A stretch of 23,417 nucleotides of DNA from an uncultured Clostridia bacterium (GTDB taxonomy: Bacteria; Bacillota; Clostridia; Christensenellales; Aristaeellaceae): assembly GCA_937907055.1 (NCBI GenBank), contig CALCTW010000134.1:1-23417 (forward strand), given 5' to 3'. The notes beneath the pieces were generated by a model. The model saw nothing but the letters and a program-made list of their open reading frames with translations, was not told where the DNA came from and ran no database searches. The position numbers and the translations under genes are program-made. Below, one piece after another: positions 8,379-16,951 of this stretch (position 1 is its first letter; each line of letters opens with the position of its first letter).

Positions 8379-9854
8379 ATGATGAAAAAGATGCTTGCCC
8401 TTCTTATCAGCCTCATGATGCTGTTCAGCGTCTGCGGTGTGGCGGAAGGCGCGCTTGTGTGTGACAGCAATGTCAATGTCAACACGGAGGAACTGCTGAA
8501 CTTTGTTCGCGCCGTCAGCGGCACCGTGGACGCGGAGATCGAAGAGGAAGCGGTCACGATCCTGAACCTGCTTGCCAATGTGGTCAACAAGGTCCATACG
8601 CATGCCGTGATCAGTGAAAACGGCTGCGCCGGCACCCTGGCGCTGGGCGACAGCGATCTGGGCAGCGTGTATGCCGACTGGTCTGACGGTGTGAAGCTGT
8701 ATACCGATCTGCTGCCCTCCTACGCGGTGAACATCACGGCGGAGGAACTGCAGCCCTATGTTGAAATGGTCCAGCAGGCTGTTTCCCAGCTGCTCGGTGT
8801 CCTGATGACGATCGATACCGAAGCCTACGCGCAGCCCATCCGGGATCTGGCGCAGAAGTTCCTGGACAGCCAGGTGACGGAGAAGGTCACCTTCACCTTT
8901 GGCGATACCACCTATACCGATAAGGCCACCTACACCTTCACCTACGGCATGCTGGTGGACGCGGCCAACGAGATCGGCGCGCTGCTGAAGGCCGATGCCG
9001 AAAAGCTGGGCATGGGCGAGCTTTTCGATTTCGAAGCCAAAGTGACCGTCAGCGAAGCGGTTAAGCTGGACATTGAAGTGTACGCCAACGCCGGGAAGGA
9101 CATGCTGATCCTTGTCAAGAACGGGGATTACACCGGCATCGTTGTGACATGCAAGTATACCGAGACCGGTATGGATTGGGAATTCGCGATCGGTATCGAT
9201 GATTACACCCAGATCACCGGCAGCCTCTCTGTCGGCGATGGGCAGTTCACCTTCAATTGCGCGAATGATACGGTGGGCAGCTACGTGGAACAGCATAACG
9301 CGGTCAGCTTCACGCTGGTCACCGATCCCGTTCCGCTTCTGACCTACGCCGTGCATAAGGATTCCACTTCATATGGCTGGAATACCGGGCGGGATATCTA
9401 CTATACGCTCCTGCAGACAAGTGAAAACACCGTCTCTGTCATGATGGAGATGGCGATGAAGGAAGCCTACGGCGAAGAATCTGTGAATGTAACGATCCGC
9501 GAGCAGGCGGATGTGACCGTCACCGAGGATGGCCTGGAGGAGACCATGGTGCTGTATCTGGGCGACAGCGATGTGCCTGCCGTGACCGGCAACTACACCA
9601 TGACCATGACGAGTGAACCGGTCATCTTCCCCGAGCTGGACTGGGAGAACATGACGGTCGTCTCTCTGGAGGACATCCTGAACGCTTCCGAGGCCGGCTC
9701 CGATGAGATCGAAGCCGTGGAGAACGGTCTTCTCATGGATCTGATGGGATATACCGCGCCGCGTGTCATGATGGCTTTCCAGACGGAACTGCCCGATGAA
9801 TACGCGCAGATCATGAGCCTGATCGCGATGATCGTCGACGGCACACTCAACTGA
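8379..9854 (+). CDS. secreted protein of unknown function (member 3, tandem paralogue of the 10018 gene)
   Basis: 491 aa with signal peptide MMKKMLALLISLMMLFSVCGVAEG. It is clearly alignable by eye to the next gene (for example LYTDLLPSYAVNITAEEL against LSTDLLPSYGLHITAEDL). It ends in TGA. Confidence 0.8.
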   Translation: MMKKMLALLISLMMLFSVCGVAEGALVCDSNVNVNTEELLNFVRAVSGTVDAEIEEEAVTILNLLANVVNKVHTHAVISENGCAGTLALGDSDLGSVYADWSDGVKLYTDLLPSYAVNITAEELQPYVEMVQQAVSQLLGVLMTIDTEAYAQPIRDLAQKFLDSQVTEKVTFTFGDTTYTDKATYTFTYGMLVDAANEIGALLKADAEKLGMGELFDFEAKVTVSEAVKLDIEVYANAGKDMLILVKNGDYTGIVVTCKYTETGMDWEFAIGIDDYTQITGSLSVGDGQFTFNCANDTVGSYVEQHNAVSFTLVTDPVPLLTYAVHKDSTSYGWNTGRDIYYTLLQTSENTVSVMMEMAMKEAYGEESVNVTIREQADVTVTEDGLEETMVLYLGDSDVPAVTGNYTMTMTSEPVIFPELDWENMTVVSLEDILNASEAGSDEIEAVENGLLMDLMGYTAPRVMMAFQTELPDEYAQIMSLIAMIVDGTLN

Positions 9855-9863
9855 CCGATTTAC

Positions 9864-9887
9864 GCCCGGCTTTGGCCGGGCTTTTTT
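9864..9887 (+). terminator. rho-independent terminator
   Basis: GCCCGGC-TTTG-GCCGGGC followed by TTTTTT, 10 nt after the stop codon. Confidence 0.85.
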
Positions 9888-9949
9888 GATGCCGTTTTTT
9901 CGGCTCCCGGAGCGGCAGTCCCTCAATTGTAAACGTTATCCGCCTTTGC

Positions 9950-9978
9950 TTGACTTGCTTTCCGGCATTGCCTATAAT
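9950..9978 (+). promoter_or_regulatory. sigma-70 promoter for the 10018 gene (duplicate of 8311-8339)
   Basis: TTGACT (9950-9955), a 17-nt spacer, then TATAAT (9973-9978), followed by a conserved 5'UTR and GGAGGT. Confidence 0.7.
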
Positions 9979-10017
9979 GATTTTATTCCCTTTACAGGAA
10001 AACGGAGGTATATTGCA

Positions 10018-11535
10018 ATGATGAAAAAGATGCTCGCGCTGCTCCTTGGCTGTGTGATGCTGCTTGGCGTCTGCGGCGCGGCCGAGGATACGCTCAGCTG
10101 CAGGATGGAATATCAGTTCAACGCGGATGAGTTCAACGCGCTGCTGACCGGTATCGGCGGAGAGATCCCGGAAGAGGTTCAGCCCGTGATCGATCTGATG
10201 CTCAAGGTGCTGAATAAACTCTCCTTCAGCGGCATGATAAATGAAAAGGGCGCCAAGGGCGAGATCGCGCTGGGCGGTTCCGTGCTGGGCAATCTGTATA
10301 TCAACTGGGAGGACGGCATCCGGCTCAGCACCGATCTGCTTCCCTCCTACGGCCTTCACATTACCGCCGAGGACCTGGCGCCCGTGACCGATGTGCTGGC
10401 CAAACTGGCGCAGCTGGATCCGGCGGCCTATGTTGCGCCGTTCTATGACATGATCGCCGCGGTGGAAGCGACGGTGGTCACCGAGGCGGCCGAGACCGTG
10501 ATCGGCGATGTCACCTACACGGAAAAGACCACCTATACCTTCACAGAGAAGATGCTGGGCGATATGGTGAACGGCGTGCTTTCGCTGATCCGCGCGGATG
10601 CCGAAAAGCTCGGTCTGGGCGATATGATCGGCGCGGATGTCGTGAGCGAAGCCGATGAAGACAACAAAGCGTTTATCGTGATCTACAGCAACGACACGAA
10701 GAAACTGATCACGCTGGAGAATGACGCGGGCGCCGCCGCCTTTGTGATCACGCTCACCGAGGGTGAGAACGGCATGAACGGCACGGTCGTTGTCGGTGTC
10801 AATCCCGTTGTGAACGGCACCTTCATCCTGCGTGAAAATGGTTTCTCCTGCGCGGTCACAGCGGACGAAGTAGCCGGGGACTGGTTCGAGTCCCATTCGG
10901 TGCTTGAATGTGAGTTTACGCGGGATGAGAACGGCTTCTCCCTTGTGATAAAAGAGAGCGAATCGTTCAATGAGTGGACAGAATCCCACATGACGCTGGA
11001 ATGCGCCCTGCAGACCGCGCCTGTCTCCGTGTTCTCCTACGCGCTGCGCAGCGAGTCCGCGAGCGCCAACTGGAAGCAGATCAGCGAAATGAAGAACAGC
11101 TGGACGCTGACGGATGAAAACACCATCTCCTATCTGTCTGATATTTCTGTGCTGGAAGGCTATGACGGACGGGAAATGAGCATGGCCATGAAGGGCACGG
11201 GTGAAATGGTGCTTCTGGAGGACGGCATGGATATGACGAGCGCGGTGTACGTCAACGGCAGCGAGACCCCTCTCTGCGCAGCCACCGGCGCGCTGCGCTT
11301 CACGGACGAGGGGATCGATTTCCCTGCCTTCGATGAGGGCAAAACAGTCCTGACGATTGCGGAACTGAGCCGCCTCAGCGATAACGCGAATGCAGACGAA
11401 GCACAGACGCTGCTGCAGGGCATGATGAGCGAACTGATGGGCAACGGTATCGTCAATGTGATGACGGCTTTCCGGACAATGCCCGAAGAATACGAGCAGA
11501 TCATGGACTTCGCGGTACCTTCGCGGTACAGATGA
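10018..11535 (+). CDS. secreted protein of unknown function (member 4, tandem paralogue of the 8379 gene)
   Basis: The ATG at 10018 follows GGAGGT. The signal peptide is MMKKMLALLLGCVMLLGVCGAAED. The ORF-track start at 9886 lies upstream of the promoter and terminator and is not credible. It ends in TGA. Confidence 0.8.
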   Translation: MMKKMLALLLGCVMLLGVCGAAEDTLSCRMEYQFNADEFNALLTGIGGEIPEEVQPVIDLMLKVLNKLSFSGMINEKGAKGEIALGGSVLGNLYINWEDGIRLSTDLLPSYGLHITAEDLAPVTDVLAKLAQLDPAAYVAPFYDMIAAVEATVVTEAAETVIGDVTYTEKTTYTFTEKMLGDMVNGVLSLIRADAEKLGLGDMIGADVVSEADEDNKAFIVIYSNDTKKLITLENDAGAAAFVITLTEGENGMNGTVVVGVNPVVNGTFILRENGFSCAVTADEVAGDWFESHSVLECEFTRDENGFSLVIKESESFNEWTESHMTLECALQTAPVSVFSYALRSESASANWKQISEMKNSWTLTDENTISYLSDISVLEGYDGREMSMAMKGTGEMVLLEDGMDMTSAVYVNGSETPLCAATGALRFTDEGIDFPAFDEGKTVLTIAELSRLSDNANADEAQTLLQGMMSELMGNGIVNVMTAFRTMPEEYEQIMDFAVPSRYR

Positions 11536-11573
11536 TGACGAACGGGATGGAATAAGCCTGTTCTGATCGGCAG

Positions 11574-11606
11574 CGGGCCCGGCAAAAGCCGGGCCCGTTC
11601 TTTTTT
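11574..11606 (+). terminator. rho-independent terminator
   Basis: CGGGCCCGGC-AAAA-GCCGGGCCCG (10-bp stem) followed by TTCTTTTTT. Confidence 0.85.
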
Positions 11607-11666
11607 GCTTTTATGGTTGTCTGATGGCTCCGATCCGGCCGGACGATCAAATTTTCAGCGGCTCGG

Positions 11667-11695
11667 TTGCAATTTGGCCCCTGCTGTGCTATACT
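11667..11695 (+). promoter_or_regulatory. sigma-70 promoter for the tautomerase-family gene
   Basis: TTGCAA (11667-11672), a 17-nt spacer, then TATACT (11690-11695). The AGGAGG SD follows at about 11718. Confidence 0.6.
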
Positions 11696-11732
11696 GTGCC
11701 CGTTCCCTGAACGGACAGGAGGTCTTTTGTCT

Positions 11733-12077
11733 ATGCCTTACATCGCGGCTCGCGTATCCTGCGGCATTTCTCCCGAACAGGAAAAGGCGCTGAAGGAGGA
11801 GATGGGTCAGCTCATCTCTCTGCTCCCCGGCAAGTCGGAGCAGTGGCTGATGTGTGATTTCACACCCGATTGTCATCTCTATTTCCAGGGCAAAAATGAT
11901 CAGAAGATCGCTTTTGTCTCCGTTCGTGTATACGGAAAATCCGAGGGGAAATACTACGAAGCGTTAACGGAAGGGCTGACAGCACTTCTGGAACGCGAGC
12001 TTTCCATTCCTGCCCGCAACATCTACGTTCAATACGAAGAGTGTTCTGTCTGGGGCTGGAACGGTCATAATTTCTGA
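11733..12077 (+). CDS. MIF / phenylpyruvate-tautomerase-family protein (tautomerase superfamily)
   Basis: The ATG at 11733 lies after GGACAGGAGG. The 114-aa protein begins MPYI (catalytic Pro-1 after Met removal) and ends ...VWGWNGHNF, like the MIF C-terminus. It ends in TGA. Confidence 0.7.
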   Translation: MPYIAARVSCGISPEQEKALKEEMGQLISLLPGKSEQWLMCDFTPDCHLYFQGKNDQKIAFVSVRVYGKSEGKYYEALTEGLTALLERELSIPARNIYVQYEECSVWGWNGHNF

Positions 12078-12080
12078 TGT

Positions 12081-12116
12081 AAAGGTGTTTGCGCTGCGGC
12101 GCAAATGCCTTTTTCT
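12081..12116 (+). terminator. rho-independent terminator
   Basis: TTTGCGC-TGCG-GCGCAAA (12088-12105) followed by TGCCTTTTT. Confidence 0.7.
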
Positions 12117-12198
12117 TCCTTTATTGGTATTTTGTTGATCGGCATCCCGGCAGCAACGGCTGCCGTACAGCCTTTCTTACCGCAGAGAACAGGTGATT

Positions 12199-12906
12199 AT
12201 GCAGAAAGTACTCATCATCGGCGCCTCCCGGGGCATCGGCGCGGCATGTGTGCGCCGGTTCGCGCGGGCAGGCGCGCAGGTCGCGTTCACCTACGCCGCT
12301 TCCGAAGAGAAGGCGCTCGCGCTTTCGGCGGAGACCGGCGCTCCGGCAATCCGCTGCGACGCGGCGGACGCGGCGGCCATGCAGGCGCTGCCGGGGCAGC
12401 TGCCCTTTGTGCCGGATACGCTCATCTACGCGGCGGGGATCGCGAAAACATCCCTCATTCAGGATGTGTCCGTCGCCGAATGGGAGCATCTTTTCGCGGT
12501 CAATGTGACCGGTGCCTTCCTGATGGCCCGCGCGTTCCTGCCGGCGCTCATCAGCATGAAGAAGGGCAGCATCACCTTTATCACCTCCATGTGGGGGGAA
12601 GTGGGCGCTTCCTGTGAGGCGGCCTACAGCGCCACAAAAGGCGCGCTCATCGCGTTTGCCAAGGCCCTTGCCAAGGAAGAAGGGCCCAGCGGCATCCGTG
12701 TCAACTGTGTTTCGCCCGGGGTCATCGACACCGATATGATGGCCTGCTATTCCGCGGAGGATAAGGCGTCCCTCGCGGAGGAAACGCCGCTCGGCCGTCT
12801 TGGCACGCCCGACGAGGTGGCGGACACAGTCTATTATCTTTCGAGTGAGGAAGCACGCTTTGTCTCCGGCGCGGTTGTCCGGGTGAACGGCGGCTTTATC
12901 ACATAA
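12199..12906 (+). CDS. short-chain dehydrogenase/reductase (FabG-like SDR oxidoreductase)
   Basis: It has VLIIGASRGIGAA (TGxxxGxG-type NAD(P) motif), the catalytic YSATKGAL (YxxxK) and PGVIDTDM. The ATG at 12199 is preferred over the GTG at 12193. It ends in TAA. Confidence 0.88.
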   Translation: MQKVLIIGASRGIGAACVRRFARAGAQVAFTYAASEEKALALSAETGAPAIRCDAADAAAMQALPGQLPFVPDTLIYAAGIAKTSLIQDVSVAEWEHLFAVNVTGAFLMARAFLPALISMKKGSITFITSMWGEVGASCEAAYSATKGALIAFAKALAKEEGPSGIRVNCVSPGVIDTDMMACYSAEDKASLAEETPLGRLGTPDEVADTVYYLSSEEARFVSGAVVRVNGGFIT

Positions 12907-12958
12907 ATGTCTCTATAACACCTCATTATGATTTGCATGAGTTGGGAGGAACAGAACA

Positions 12959-14173
12959 ATGGTTGACGGATTTCTGAGCAAATGGGAACTGGACGGTGAC
13001 AAGATCCCCTGCGGGCCTCTGGGCGTGATCGCCATGCCGGGCTGTGAGGAAATGGCCGAAAAGGTGAACAAGTGGCTTAAGAAGTGGAACAATCTTCAGG
13101 AAGAAGAGGATCAGGAGTATTACACCACGCCGGGCCGCGGCAAGGATACGTTCCTGATGAAGTGCTACTGCCCGCGTTTCGGCACGGGTGAGGGCAAGGG
13201 TGTCATCAAGGAATCTGTGCGTGGTATCGATATCTATATTCTGGTGGACGTGACCGCCCATCACAAGACCTACAAGATGTACGGCGTGGACGTGCCCATG
13301 AGCCCGGATGATTACTTTGCCGATATCAAGCGTGTCATCTGCGCCATTCAGGGCAAGGCGAAGCGCATCAATGTTGTGATGCCCATGCTGTACGAGAGCC
13401 GTCAGCACCGCCGCAACGGCCGTGAGAGCCTCGACTGCGCCATGGCGCTGCAGGAGCTGGTGCATTACGGTGTCAGCAACATCATCACCTTCGACGCGCA
13501 TGATCCCCGTGTGCAGAACGCCATCCCCACCTCGGGCTTTGAAAATATCATGCCCACCTATCAGATGATCAAGGCGCTGTGCCGCAGCGTGAAGGATCTG
13601 CATATCGATAAGGAACATATGATGGTGGTCTCCCCGGATGAAGGCGCCATGCAGCGCAACATCTATTATTCCTCCGTGCTGGGGCTGGATCTGGGCATGT
13701 TCTATAAGCGCCGTGATTTCACCCGTGTGGTGAATGGCCGCAATCCGCTCGTCGCGCATGAGTATCTGGGCGATGACGTGGAGGGCAAGGATATTCTGGT
13801 GGTCGATGACATGATCGCCAGCGGCGATTCCATGCTGGATCTGTGCAAGGAGCTCAAACGCCGTAAGTGCGGCCGCATCTTCGCCATGGCCACCTTCGGC
13901 TTCTTTACCGCCGGTACCGGCATCTTTGACGAAGCCTACGCGGCCGGTCTGATCGACCGTGTGATCACCACCAACGCGGCCTATCATCCCGATGAGATCA
14001 ACAAGGCTCCCTGGTTCGTCCAGGCGGACCTGAGCAAGTATATCGCCTACATCGTGGCCACGCTGAATCATGATCACTCCCTGTCCAAGCTGCTCAATCC
14101 CTACGATAAGATCAAGAACCTGCTGATCAATTACAACGCGCAGCAGGAAGCGGAAGCCGCCAAAGCGGAATAA
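12959..14173 (+). CDS. prs: ribose-phosphate pyrophosphokinase (PRPP synthetase), long form
   Basis: 404 aa. It has VVMPMLYESRQHRR, ITFDAHDP, VVSPDEGAMQR and the PRPP-binding loop DILVVDDMIASGDSMLD. The SD GGGAGG lies 9 nt upstream of the ATG. It ends in TAA. Confidence 0.88.
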   Translation: MVDGFLSKWELDGDKIPCGPLGVIAMPGCEEMAEKVNKWLKKWNNLQEEEDQEYYTTPGRGKDTFLMKCYCPRFGTGEGKGVIKESVRGIDIYILVDVTAHHKTYKMYGVDVPMSPDDYFADIKRVICAIQGKAKRINVVMPMLYESRQHRRNGRESLDCAMALQELVHYGVSNIITFDAHDPRVQNAIPTSGFENIMPTYQMIKALCRSVKDLHIDKEHMMVVSPDEGAMQRNIYYSSVLGLDLGMFYKRRDFTRVVNGRNPLVAHEYLGDDVEGKDILVVDDMIASGDSMLDLCKELKRRKCGRIFAMATFGFFTAGTGIFDEAYAAGLIDRVITTNAAYHPDEINKAPWFVQADLSKYIAYIVATLNHDHSLSKLLNPYDKIKNLLINYNAQQEAEAAKAE

Positions 14174-14182
14174 TACAGCGCT

Positions 14183-14674
14183 ATGATGGAAGAAGAAAAA
14201 CAGATCGTGCCGGTGGAGACCGCGCCCGAAAAACCAAAGACCAACATCATTTCCTCCGCGAAGCATTTTATCGGCACCGCGCTCTCTCCCCTGAAATCCA
14301 AGGACAGCATCGCGCAGATCGAGGAATTCACCAGCGAGATGACATTGGTGGCCGAAGGGCTTTCGGAGGATCAGCTGCGGATCTCCCGTCTGCTGGATAA
14401 TGTGGCGGCGGAGCAGACCACCTTTGAAAAGGATACCGAGGATCATTTCCGGCTCGTCCGGGATGAGCTGGAGGAACAGGAAAAGGCGCTGAAGGGGCAG
14501 CAGGACGCGCTCAAGGCCGTCAATGCCCGTCTGGATAAGCTGGATAAGGCGCTTGCCGATAAGAAGCTCCGGAAGGTGGACGGCTGGACAGGCCTTGTCC
14601 GCGCGCTCACATGGCTGGTCGGGATCGCGGCCGGCTCCGGCATCATCATCACATTGCTCAATAAACTGCTCTGA
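14183..14674 (+). CDS. coiled-coil protein with a C-terminal transmembrane anchor, unknown function
   Basis: 163 aa. The central region is heptad-like and charged (EDHFRLVRDELEEQEKALKGQQDALKAVNARLDKLDKALADKKL). The C-terminal TM segment is LVRALTWLVGIAAGSGIIITLL. It ends in TGA. Confidence 0.6.
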   Translation: MMEEEKQIVPVETAPEKPKTNIISSAKHFIGTALSPLKSKDSIAQIEEFTSEMTLVAEGLSEDQLRISRLLDNVAAEQTTFEKDTEDHFRLVRDELEEQEKALKGQQDALKAVNARLDKLDKALADKKLRKVDGWTGLVRALTWLVGIAAGSGIIITLLNKLL

Positions 14675-14680
14675 TTTCTT

Positions 14681-14716
14681 CCGCGCGGGGGTCTTTGGCC
14701 TTCGCGCGGTTTTTGT
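14681..14716 (+). terminator. rho-independent terminator candidate
   Basis: CCGCGCG (14681-14687) pairs with CGCGCGG (14703-14709) and is followed by TTTTTGTTT. Confidence 0.6.
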
Positions 14717-14827
14717 TTACAAAGATCCTGGGGGATCCCGCGCGGATCCGGGAATGAAAAAAGGATTCCGCGCGCCGATGTGGAATAGGATAATATTAAC
14801 GTTTCTTTCTGCTATACAGGAGTGAGT

Positions 14828-15382
14828 ATGCCCGAATATAAAGAACTTGTAGCCAAATATAAGAAGCGCCGCCGGGATACACTGGTGGACGCGGTGACCA
14901 CCGGTCTTTCCTACGCGGATAATGTGGCGGCGGATCTGGGTCTTCTGCAGGATACCGGGGTGCTGGGTGAGGTGCTGGATGCCACCGGCAATGTACTGCC
15001 CTTTGCCGTGATCGCCATCTCCGAGCAGGCCAAGGTCATCATGGGCAGGAAGAGCCAGCAGGAAGCCAACCGCTCCATCTTCTACCGCATGATCAAGACC
15101 GGCGCGGCGCTGGGCGCGGGCGCGGCGGCGACCGCGGTCGGAGGCGTTATCTTCGCGTTGCCGGCGGCCATCGGTACGCGTACGCTGCTGGATACCTTCA
15201 AGAGCAAGGCGCTTACCGGGCGCAGGGTGGATCAGCGTATCCATCGTCTGCAGGAGCTGCGCCGCGGGATCACCGAACGCCGCCTGCCCTCGGACGCGGA
15301 TGTGCGCGCCATCGATCTTTCCGATACAGAGGTCCTCCCCCTGGAGGAGGATGATCTTCAATACCTGAATGAGGAGGAATAA
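14828..15382 (+). CDS. hypothetical protein with a Gly/Ala-rich membrane segment
   Basis: The ATG at 14828 follows AGGAG. About 184 aa with the hydrophobic segment TGAALGAGAAATAVGGVIFALPAAIG and an acidic C-terminus. It ends in TAA, 3 nt before the next gene. Confidence 0.6.
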   Translation: MPEYKELVAKYKKRRRDTLVDAVTTGLSYADNVAADLGLLQDTGVLGEVLDATGNVLPFAVIAISEQAKVIMGRKSQQEANRSIFYRMIKTGAALGAGAAATAVGGVIFALPAAIGTRTLLDTFKSKALTGRRVDQRIHRLQELRRGITERRLPSDADVRAIDLSDTEVLPLEEDDLQYLNEEE

Positions 15383-15385
15383 ATC

Positions 15386-16783
15386 ATGAAAAGGATCCTT
15401 CCCCTGCTTCTGATCACAGTATTGCTGTTTTCCCTGGCACTTCCCGCGCTGGCGGACAAGGCGGTCGTCATCACGCGCCAGCCGAAGAACACCACCGTAC
15501 ACGCCGGCGGAAACGCTTCGTTCTCTGCCGAGGCCGACAATGACAACGGCATCACCTGGCGGCTTGTCAGCCCTGACGGCAGTCAGGAGATCCTGGTCAA
15601 GGATGTGGGCACGGTCTTCCCGGGCGTGACCTATTCCGGCAGGAACGGCGATACCCTCACCCTCAAGAATGTGCCGGCCGAAATGAACGGCTGGGGCGTA
15701 TACTGCACCTACAGCAATGCCACCGGTAAGTATCCCACCAAAATGGCGTATCTTTATATCGAGGGCGCTTCCGCGGTTTTCATTCCCACCGGGAACGACG
15801 CGGGCGGTGAGATCGCCGGTTACAACGGCAACGAGGGCTTTGATGATAACGATGCCCTCTCCTACGCCGCCGCGGCGGAGGGCCGTCTGCTGCTGACCGT
15901 CAGGGGCGCCACGCTGACCGCGGACGGATACGTCGGCAATCAGGTGGATTTCACCAAGGCCGGTCAGATCTCCTTCAAGGTGAACGCGGATGTAACGCCC
16001 GCCTACTGGGTGATCAACGGCGCGCGCTATGATTTTGATCAGGTGCCGACTGTGATCTCTGTGCGTGATCTGAACTACTCCATGACCATCGAAGCCGTTC
16101 CGCGCGGCGCTGCCAGCGAGACACGGCTGAACGCCGAGGCCCTGCAGGCCAAGCGCACCGGCGCGCCACTGATCGCGACCTCCAAGAGCGCGGATCTGTG
16201 CTTTATCAACGCCGCCGGTCAGGGCAAGGGCGGCTGGTTCCGTGAGTTTGATTTCACCAATGATTATCAGAACCTCGCCACCAATCAGACCGAGCAGGGC
16301 GGCAGCATCACGCTGCGCTGTCGGGCTTATGTGGCGCCGGATCACAAGATCACCGCGTGGGAATTCAATAAAGTACGCCTCACGTTCTCTTCTTATGTGA
16401 CCGAATTTATCGTCAGCGGCCTGAATGAGACGATGGAATATCATCCCCTCACCGAGGCTGTGCCGGTCTACTACAATATTACCTGTGACGGCTGCACCTT
16501 CACCGGCGGCGGCTATACGAACGCGACCTCCGGCACCGTGCCGGCCGGCACATCGGTCACCTTCAACACCAAGTGGCTGCGTGTGATGTACTGGAATATC
16601 AACGGCAGCACGCTGACCCGGAAGGGCCAGATGCAGGTGGATGAAGGCTACTGGGATGATAGAGAGGAACTGTGGGTAGAAGTGCTGGTGTGGAAGGACG
16701 CGGATGTCAATGTGGCGGATGATTCCATCACGCGCACCATCAATAAGGATACCACGGTCAAGTGCCAGGCGGTGATCTATTGA
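15386..16783 (+). CDS. secreted protein with an N-terminal Ig-like domain, unknown function
   Basis: The signal peptide is MKRILPLLLITVLLFSLALPALA. It is followed by an Ig-like pattern (ITRQPKNTTVHAGGNASFSAEA...ITWRLV...GDTLTLKNV...GVYCTYSN). The SD GAGGAGG lies upstream. It ends in TGA. Confidence 0.7.
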   Translation: MKRILPLLLITVLLFSLALPALADKAVVITRQPKNTTVHAGGNASFSAEADNDNGITWRLVSPDGSQEILVKDVGTVFPGVTYSGRNGDTLTLKNVPAEMNGWGVYCTYSNATGKYPTKMAYLYIEGASAVFIPTGNDAGGEIAGYNGNEGFDDNDALSYAAAAEGRLLLTVRGATLTADGYVGNQVDFTKAGQISFKVNADVTPAYWVINGARYDFDQVPTVISVRDLNYSMTIEAVPRGAASETRLNAEALQAKRTGAPLIATSKSADLCFINAAGQGKGGWFREFDFTNDYQNLATNQTEQGGSITLRCRAYVAPDHKITAWEFNKVRLTFSSYVTEFIVSGLNETMEYHPLTEAVPVYYNITCDGCTFTGGGYTNATSGTVPAGTSVTFNTKWLRVMYWNINGSTLTRKGQMQVDEGYWDDREELWVEVLVWKDADVNVADDSITRTINKDTTVKCQAVIY

Positions 16784-16846
16784 TCGGCCTCCTTTACTGA
16801 TCACAATGAAACATTGATCCCGGATAAAGGGACAACATAAGAATAA

Positions 16847-16883
16847 GCCCTCCTGACGCGGCGTGAGACCGCGGCGGGAGGGC
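16847..16883. terminator. GC-rich hairpin between convergent genes (terminator candidate)
   Basis: GCCCTCC (16847-16853) pairs with GGAGGGC (16877-16883), with an inner CGCGG/CCGCG stem. The T-tract (TTTC) is weak. Confidence 0.4.
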
Positions 16884-16903
16884 TTTCAGATACAGGGTTC
16901 AAC

Positions 16904-16938
16904 AAAAAGGACACCATTCCGGGGAATGATGTCCTTTT
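16904..16938. terminator. bidirectional rho-independent terminator
   Basis: AAAAGGACA-C-CATTCC-GG-GGAATG-A-TGTCCTTTT. The A-tract and T-tract flank the stem on both sides. It lies 14 nt downstream of the minus-strand stop at 16952-16954. Confidence 0.7.
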
Positions 16939-16951
16939 CCTGTTCAGGGGG

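Noticed and set aside
10877-10894. A tRNA-like T-arm sequence, GGGGACTGGTTCGAGTCCC, which could have marked a suppressor tRNA.
   Set aside because: It lies inside the 10018..11535 coding frame (..GDWFESH..). The loop would be 8 nt rather than 7. I could not find a matching acceptor stem or anticodon arm in the flanking approximately 70 nt.
14780-14828. An in-frame TAG at 14786-14788 upstream of the 14828 gene, as a possible fifth recoded gene.
   Set aside because: The upstream frame has no ATG or SD, runs through the 14681-14716 terminator, and translates to a non-protein-like sequence. It is treated as ordinary intergenic DNA.
3030-16804. Long ORFs antisense to, or out of frame with, the annotated genes. 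Examples are 3030..3878(-), 4050..4679(-), 4713..5456(-), 5498..6772(-), 7230..8288(-), 8298..9356(-), 9847..10989(-), 12926..14446(-) and 14717..16804(-).
   Set aside because: They are shadow ORFs typical of high-GC coding DNA. Their translations are low-complexity and rich in R, G, H, A and D, with no motifs, no SD and no start context. Each overlaps a gene on the other strand that has clear family motifs or signal peptides.
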